64,000 nt of DNA, from NCBI GenBank assembly GCA_022710725.1, contig JAKLGK010000010.1, forward strand, positions 67,190-131,189, read 5' to 3'. Positions 59,901-64,000 of the stretch are shown here, piece by piece. The notes below the pieces were generated by a model. It made no database searches and was not told the DNA's origin. It saw only the letters and a program-made list of their open reading frames with translations. This DNA comes from Verrucomicrobiota bacterium. GTDB lineage: Bacteria > Verrucomicrobiota > Kiritimatiellia > CAIQIC01 > JAGNIJ01. The position numbers and the translations under genes were made by a program. The stretch's first letter is position 1. The number at the start of each line of letters is the position of its first letter.

Positions 59901-62900
59901 GCTAATGGGCCTGCGCACTATGACTACAGCGCACCATTCCGAATCGGTCACATGAAGGGCATTGCGGCGGAGTCGAAGTATTTCTTTAACGGCTCGATTG
60001 ACGAAGTGCGGATATATAGCCGCGCACTGGGGACAAATGAAATCGCCTGTTTGTACAACAAAGGCATATTGAAGCGGACTGCCGCGATAACAGGGCCTGA
60101 TTCGTATTCCATCACAAACCTCCCCACGGGCTCGTATTTCGTGGAGGCCTACAGGGATCGGAATGGTAACACGGTGCGGGATATCGAAGAGCCTTATGGG
60201 GTGTATGGCGGGAATCCAGTTGTCGTAACTGGGGCAACATCAGGAGTGAACATCACCTTGAGTGAGCCCGATTCGGATGGTGATGGCCAGAGCGACTGGC
60301 GAGAAATAAATCAGGGAACAAACCCGCAGGATGCCAGTTCTTTCATGGTGACAATTGCCGGAGCGCTAGAATATGGCGGCGGCCAGGCGGGCTCCTTCCA
60401 TGTTGTGGCTGAAACGGAAGCCAATTTGGTCCTGTATCAGGATTTCCTCGAAAACGACCCCGCAAATATTCGGGATAAAAGCGGGTTCATGAATAATGGC
60501 TCGGTGGTAGGGCCGGTCTGGACTAATGCCGGCTATGTTAACGGGGCGTATCAGTACGGGGCAACGGCAACAAATCGTATTGATTTGGGGCGTCCACCTG
60601 TTTTGTGCTCTGGCTTATCAACGCAGTTCACGCTTTCTGTCTGGATCAATCCCGACCTGGACCATGAGGGATACATTATCGGCCGAGCCCGTAGCGCGTA
60701 CAATGACCTGTCACTCTATATCAACGATCCGGATGAGCAAGGAATCAATTATACTCTAAAGATTGGAGGCATAGAGTATTTCCTGTGGTCGGCGCGCGGC
60801 GGAGTCTCCAACGTGCCTGATGGGGTATGGACCCATGTGGTGTCGACATACAATGGCACACAGTTTGTTGGTTATATTAACGGTCGCCCGGTGGACAGCA
60901 CGAATGTTACTGGTCTAGTCTATGATGGGACAAACAACTTCCTAATTGGTAATCGATACACTCTGGATCGTGTGTTTAAGGGGCGAATTGATGAGGCCCG
61001 AGTATATCAGCGCGCATTCACAGCAGATGAGGTGACAAATCTCTATAAGATGGGATATGCCGATGTGTTAACTACTCGCGAGGAAACCGTTTTGGGTTCA
61101 GCATCATCCTATGCGCTAACGAACACACCGACACTATGCTACTACCACCTGCGTGCATGGCGTGATTCAAACGAGAGCGAGGAGCAGGACCCCGAGGAGG
61201 CCAGTGGCTCCTATACAAATCCGTTCTTCCTGTTGCCCGCCGCGCAGACCAATGCTGAAATCCAGCTTATCGATCCTGATAACGATGGTGATGGCATGCC
61301 AGATTGGTGGGAAATCGCTCATGACTTGGATCCAAATAGCTCGAACGGTGCCGACGGAGCCGCCGGCGATCCCGATGGCGACAATTTGGTAAATTTGTCA
61401 GAGTACCAGGTTGGAACGGATCCCATTGCTAGCGACTCGGACGGCGATGGGCTGCCTGATGGGTGGGAAGTCCTTTATGGATTTAATCCTGTGGCGTTGT
61501 CGGATGACATGATTGGGTGGTGGCAACTGGATGAAGCGGGGGGTACCAACGTCTGGGATGTGTCTGGCCATAACCATCATGGGGGGCTCCAATATACCAA
61601 CGGTGGCGAGCGAATCGCGGGCCTCGTTTCGAACGCGTTATACTTTGCGCCCGGTTCTGGAGCGCGTGTAAACTATGGATATTCATCGACGCTAAACGCT
61701 ACGGGCCAGGCCCTGACGATATGTATGTGGTATAAACCTTGTTCGGTGACTGCAAACTACAATCAGGTCATTTTGAGCAAGGGGTCGGATACCGCCCCCA
61801 ATTATTACATCGGTGCCCAATGGGGCAACACAATCACTTTTAAAATTACAGTGGTTGGCGGCACGAGCTATTACACACAAGGCCAAGCGCCCCTCACGCA
61901 AACATATACAGATAACTGGACGCATATTGCCGGAGTTTATGACGGGGCCAAGATACATTTGTATTTGAATGGTGTGGATGTGACGAATGCCCCGGCCTCT
62001 GGTGATCTAGCGACAAACAGCGGTGCAACGGTTCTGGGACATTATATTTCGGATTACAATATCCGAGGGCGCATTGACGATATCCGTATCTTCAGAACGG
62101 CTTATGCAAGTAATGAAATCGCCTGGGTGATGGAAGCTGGGGAGGATTCGGATCAGGACGGGCTCTCCAATTGGAAAGAATACAGAACGGGAACAGACCC
62201 CTTAACGCAGGATACGGATGGAGACGGCTTAACTGATGGCGAAGAGGTGAATGAGTATAATACAGATCCATTAGATGCCGACACCGATCATGACGGCTGG
62301 CGGGATGGCATAGATCCCAATCCTCGTAGTCGGGCATGGGTTGACTGGGGGAATCCTCGATGGACTAATGGGTTGCACGTAGTAGATCCCTATTGGCCGA
62401 GCTGGTGCATTCGAGGGGATCTCATCGCCGCCATAGGCTACTACAGCTTCAGCAATTCCAGTTACAACGTTGACGCCACGAATGCTGTGTATACTGGGTT
62501 CCCCTCGATCTTTGTGAATACTAATGAAATAGCGGGAACCAACCTGTGCCTCTGGACTCGAATGGAGACCTCCCGTGCAGGACGTGTGTATTTCCAGTTG
62601 CGATCAACCACATGGGCAACCTTGATCAACAACTTCTGCGGCTCCCCCTACAATCCACAGTACTCGTCAATGATTTATACTCCCACATTGAGTCCTACCA
62701 ATGGGGAAATCAAACTCGCGGTGCCCATGTCCGATGCATATGGCGCAGCGTACATAATTCAACAACGCTATGACGGCGATATAACATTCTACGATAGCAT
62801 GTTGTTCTTTGATGCAAACGGTGATGGATTGGATGACAGCCAAGTCGCCGCCATCACACAGGATCAGGAGGCGGACTATGACGAGGACGGGCTGCCGGAC

Positions 62901-64000
62901 TATTGGGAGTACAACAATGGCCTGGACTTCACGAAATGGGACCAGAATGGAAATGCTGTTGCAGATGGATCAGATGACTTCGATGGCGATGAATTGACGA
63001 ATGTGGAGGAGTGCGAGGCGGGAACTGACCCGACCCGTGCGGATACGGATTCCGACGGGATAGACGATGGGACGGAAGTATTCTTTTCCTCGAATCCAAC
63101 CAATAGCCCGGGGACAACAGGCATCAATCGGAATTGGTTGTTCCACAATGCTTCTGGATATTCGTCGCCTACGTGGGAACTCGTGCCAGGAAGATGGGAG
63201 CGGTTCCTGATGTTAGATCAAGAGACAGGATCGAACAGGGTCTTCGTCTTGGCCCCGACAAACCTTGTCTTGGATTCGGGGGCTTCGAATCTCGTTAGAG
63301 CGAGATTCTCTTGGTCTGAAGGCGGCGGGTATCCAGAGCAATTCTCCACCGGTCAGTGTGTAGCTAGTGTAGCCGTTACCACCTCCAATCAGTTCCATGG
63401 GCTCCCGACGATGGATTCGTCAACTACGCTACAGGTATATCAAGTTGATTGGACTCAGCCGCTGGGATCTGAAGAAGTCTACTTCTACTACGCCCCACAA
63501 TTTCTTTCGGTTACTGGTGTGACAACGCTTGACTCGGTCTATTTGTTGCAGAAACTTCTAACCAATGATGTGGGGCAAGAGGAATATAGCACAAACAACT
63601 GGATCTATGGGGTGCAACAATATGGCCCCGAGGTATATGGCCGTGACTATGGGTTCTGGTACACGCCCACACGGTTTAACAACGGTGGATTCGAGGACGG
63701 CACCGAATCATGGCCAGACCTGCCATATTGGACTTTATTTGGCACAAATGGGGGGATAAGTACCGAAATCACACAAGGAGGTTCTGGCCATTCGTTCGTT
63801 TCGAGGGGAGAAGCCGTGCTTTATCAGAACATTCGTGTATATCCCGGCGAAGAGCTTATTGTTTCCGGTTACTTGTATACACCGTCCTCCAGCAATGCAA
63901 TCGATCCGAATCCTCTGGAGGGGAATAGATATGGATTGGTTGCTGTGGAATATTTGGACGCGCCCGGGCAACTGGACGCCGCCGTAATTGCCTCCTATGC
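56943..64000 (+). CDS. giant secreted protein (>2352 aa, 3' end outside the window): beta-helix region + 3 LamG (Laminin_G_3) domains + TSP3-like Ca-binding repeats + CBM-like domain
   Basis: My own codon-by-codon translation of the frame starting at the ATG at 56943 (AAGGGAGG 6 nt upstream) found no stop to nt 64000. Signal peptide MDALRTVPSVRCVLLSVMMVFLAVNS. LamG motifs FNGSIDEVRIYSRAL, FKGRIDEARVYQRAF, IRGRIDDIRIFRTAY. DSDGDG/DTDGDG repeats. The ORF is not in the supplied track. Confidence 0.85.
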   Translation, partial: MDALRTVPSVRCVLLSVMMVFLAVNSHGVQPPDSSLADTNSLLEVDAFLAVAETNDPAGSIISSEPVGQEEKWNAPETSTDGCSRRHVNVRTVVYADGSTRVEETGRGYTELAGGLNYRAQNGEWRLSTLGQEIQPDGGIAYTQLAANLSFAKNANQNAVVEIRYEDGKVARSAVAGLSYYDSASGKSYVFAWLKNSTAQSFDGGVYYPDAFEGAGADIRYKVDRVKVQQDVVLYALPDPKTFGMDPKTTWLSVLTELLDVDLSDAEIRRDDLAKTEERNEAPLEVWVEDGSAAPQRKHNFQRSYTYVEEGDWVMGGDVKAGDRKAQGDPLVGAIEPLSMRLFETGGRVFLSEDVPVSAIQQGAEKVVEALASVPAMEVSQDEEALLPPIRPTEGGAAIASTRPRSGTAFVVDYCDYYGTYTNNVRFYKDQTYFISSDLVVSGAKMTIEPGTVVKLATNASVILQSAARLECLYYTNQPAIFTTVHDTSAGESIPGYTNAPVSNKYAAALNMQSGTNCVWGLQVRYAKKGLVFNAPGSQHDARDNQIFNTDRAIEVASGWTILRIRHVLISNALEGVWARTNSVNVTFCTFDNVGAALWVTTGVASLSVSDSLFVDVATNLVSNGVVSASFNYCAAFNATNGWLGTNAVTLASRPFEPGVQGAHYLLRNATNLIDRGSGAAPYTMCWYHHTTATNHAKESNTVVDIGFHYPSPQDSDGDGLCDYWEDTYGNTWYTWYQDESNWQVSDTDGDGLSDGSEVRLYWTNPKAQDSDADGQNDKMEVDNGSDPNSAASFITTLSGTVAYSGSQTGIVRITAYDVGGVSRDGLILEYLLDGDGGSNIMDQSDSGNNASVSNATYSSSGYRDGCYLFNGTNACLHITYNATNGLHPVEDPFTVSAWFKTSSSSPLEQTVLATHYPGTAADGYYLSFESGGGHLRWFVGASNRPSVEVKSTNTLNDGQWHNAVGLWSSNQIYLYIDGKLHASREANGPAHYDYSAPFRIGHMKGIAAESKYFFNGSIDEVRIYSRALGTNEIACLYNKGILKRTAAITGPDSYSITNLPTGSYFVEAYRDRNGNTVRDIEEPYGVYGGNPVVVTGATSGVNITLSEPDSDGDGQSDWREINQGTNPQDASSFMVTIAGALEYGGGQAGSFHVVAETEANLVLYQDFLENDPANIRDKSGFMNNGSVVGPVWTNAGYVNGAYQYGATATNRIDLGRPPVLCSGLSTQFTLSVWINPDLDHEGYIIGRARSAYNDLSLYINDPDEQGINYTLKIGGIEYFLWSARGGVSNVPDGVWTHVVSTYNGTQFVGYINGRPVDSTNVTGLVYDGTNNFLIGNRYTLDRVFKGRIDEARVYQRAFTADEVTNLYKMGYADVLTTREETVLGSASSYALTNTPTLCYYHLRAWRDSNESEEQDPEEASGSYTNPFFLLPAAQTNAEIQLIDPDNDGDGMPDWWEIAHDLDPNSSNGADGAAGDPDGDNLVNLSEYQVGTDPIASDSDGDGLPDGWEVLYGFNPVALSDDMIGWWQLDEAGGTNVWDVSGHNHHGGLQYTNGGERIAGLVSNALYFAPGSGARVNYGYSSTLNATGQALTICMWYKPCSVTANYNQVILSKGSDTAPNYYIGAQWGNTITFKITVVGGTSYYTQGQAPLTQTYTDNWTHIAGVYDGAKIHLYLNGVDVTNAPASGDLATNSGATVLGHYISDYNIRGRIDDIRIFRTAYASNEIAWVMEAGEDSDQDGLSNWKEYRTGTDPLTQDTDGDGLTDGEEVNEYNTDPLDADTDHDGWRDGIDPNPRSRAWVDWGNPRWTNGLHVVDPYWPSWCIRGDLIAAIGYYSFSNSSYNVDATNAVYTGFPSIFVNTNEIAGTNLCLWTRMETSRAGRVYFQLRSTTWATLINNFCGSPYNPQYSSMIYTPTLSPTNGEIKLAVPMSDAYGAAYIIQQRYDGDITFYDSMLFFDANGDGLDDSQVAAITQDQEADYDEDGLPDYWEYNNGLDFTKWDQNGNAVADGSDDFDGDELTNVEECEAGTDPTRADTDSDGIDDGTEVFFSSNPTNSPGTTGINRNWLFHNASGYSSPTWELVPGRWERFLMLDQETGSNRVFVLAPTNLVLDSGASNLVRARFSWSEGGGYPEQFSTGQCVASVAVTTSNQFHGLPTMDSSTTLQVYQVDWTQPLGSEEVYFYYAPQFLSVTGVTTLDSVYLLQKLLTNDVGQEEYSTNNWIYGVQQYGPEVYGRDYGFWYTPTRFNNGGFEDGTESWPDLPYWTLFGTNGGISTEITQGGSGHSFVSRGEAVLYQNIRVYPGEELIVSGYLYTPSSSNAIDPNPLEGNRYGLVAVEYLDAPGQLDAAVIASY

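Larger units (their letters stand above)
32080..64000. mobile_element. integrated genomic island/integrative element at the tRNA-Phe 3' end (right border not seen in the window)
   Basis: Abrupt drop in G+C immediately after the tRNA. A tyrosine integrase lies 410 bp from the tRNA, followed by a replication module and defence-type cargo. Low G+C persists to nt 64000. Confidence 0.6.

Noticed and set aside
56837-63971. All short ORFs listed in the track between 56.8 and 64 kb (both strands)
   Set aside because: They lie in alternative frames of one continuous open frame of more than 2352 codons with clear LamG/TSP3 domain content.

Overview
The window has two compositionally distinct parts. 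(1) Positions 1-32.0 kb are a high-GC chromosomal backbone. Spot counts of single 60-nt lines give about 58-85% G+C. It is tightly packed with ordinary genes: proBA, a nitroreductase, a secreted multidomain GH13 enzyme, PadR plus a short UvrA paralog, an M28 peptidase, VIT/VWA plus anti-sigma plus ECF sigma, a rhomboid protease, PPK2, an OPA-type MFS transporter, a PstS-like binding protein, ExbB/ExbD/TPR, two tandem TMTC-like TPR membrane proteins, a D-aminoacylase and a HIT protein. The protein repertoire is reminiscent of PVC-superphylum bacteria, but this is inference only. (2) At tRNA-Phe(GAA) (32004-32079) the composition drops to roughly 35-55% G+C in spot counts and stays low to the window end. 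This looks like an integrated element of at least 32 kb. Its minus-strand integration/replication module comprises a tyrosine integrase, a Dam-type methyltransferase fused to an excisionase-like HTH, a second phage-type Dam, a 1493-aa PrimPol-PolA fusion replicase and an RHH regulator. A divergent regulatory region carries a 15-bp inverted repeat and three clustered GATC sites. The plus-strand cargo begins with an HTH and a degenerate mini-ATPase. It continues with a 504-aa alpha/alpha-toroid plus TIR/NDT-like fusion protein. Next is a short-Argonaute SPARDA-type pair (DUF4365/DREN-APAZ plus MID-PIWI). After these come a TadA-like deaminase, an FRG-domain protein and a membrane-protein/unknown/LCAT-like lipase operon, followed by several orphans. 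The last 7 kb (56943 to beyond 64000) is one uninterrupted reading frame of more than 2352 codons. It encodes a secreted beta-helix/LamG/TSP3-repeat protein and is absent from the supplied ORF track because it has no stop codon inside the window. I found no CRISPR array, reverse transcriptase, rRNA or phage structural genes. The best candidates for something undescribed are the uncharacterised genes that flank the pAgo pair, and the PrimPol-PolA/Dam-Xis replication-integration module.
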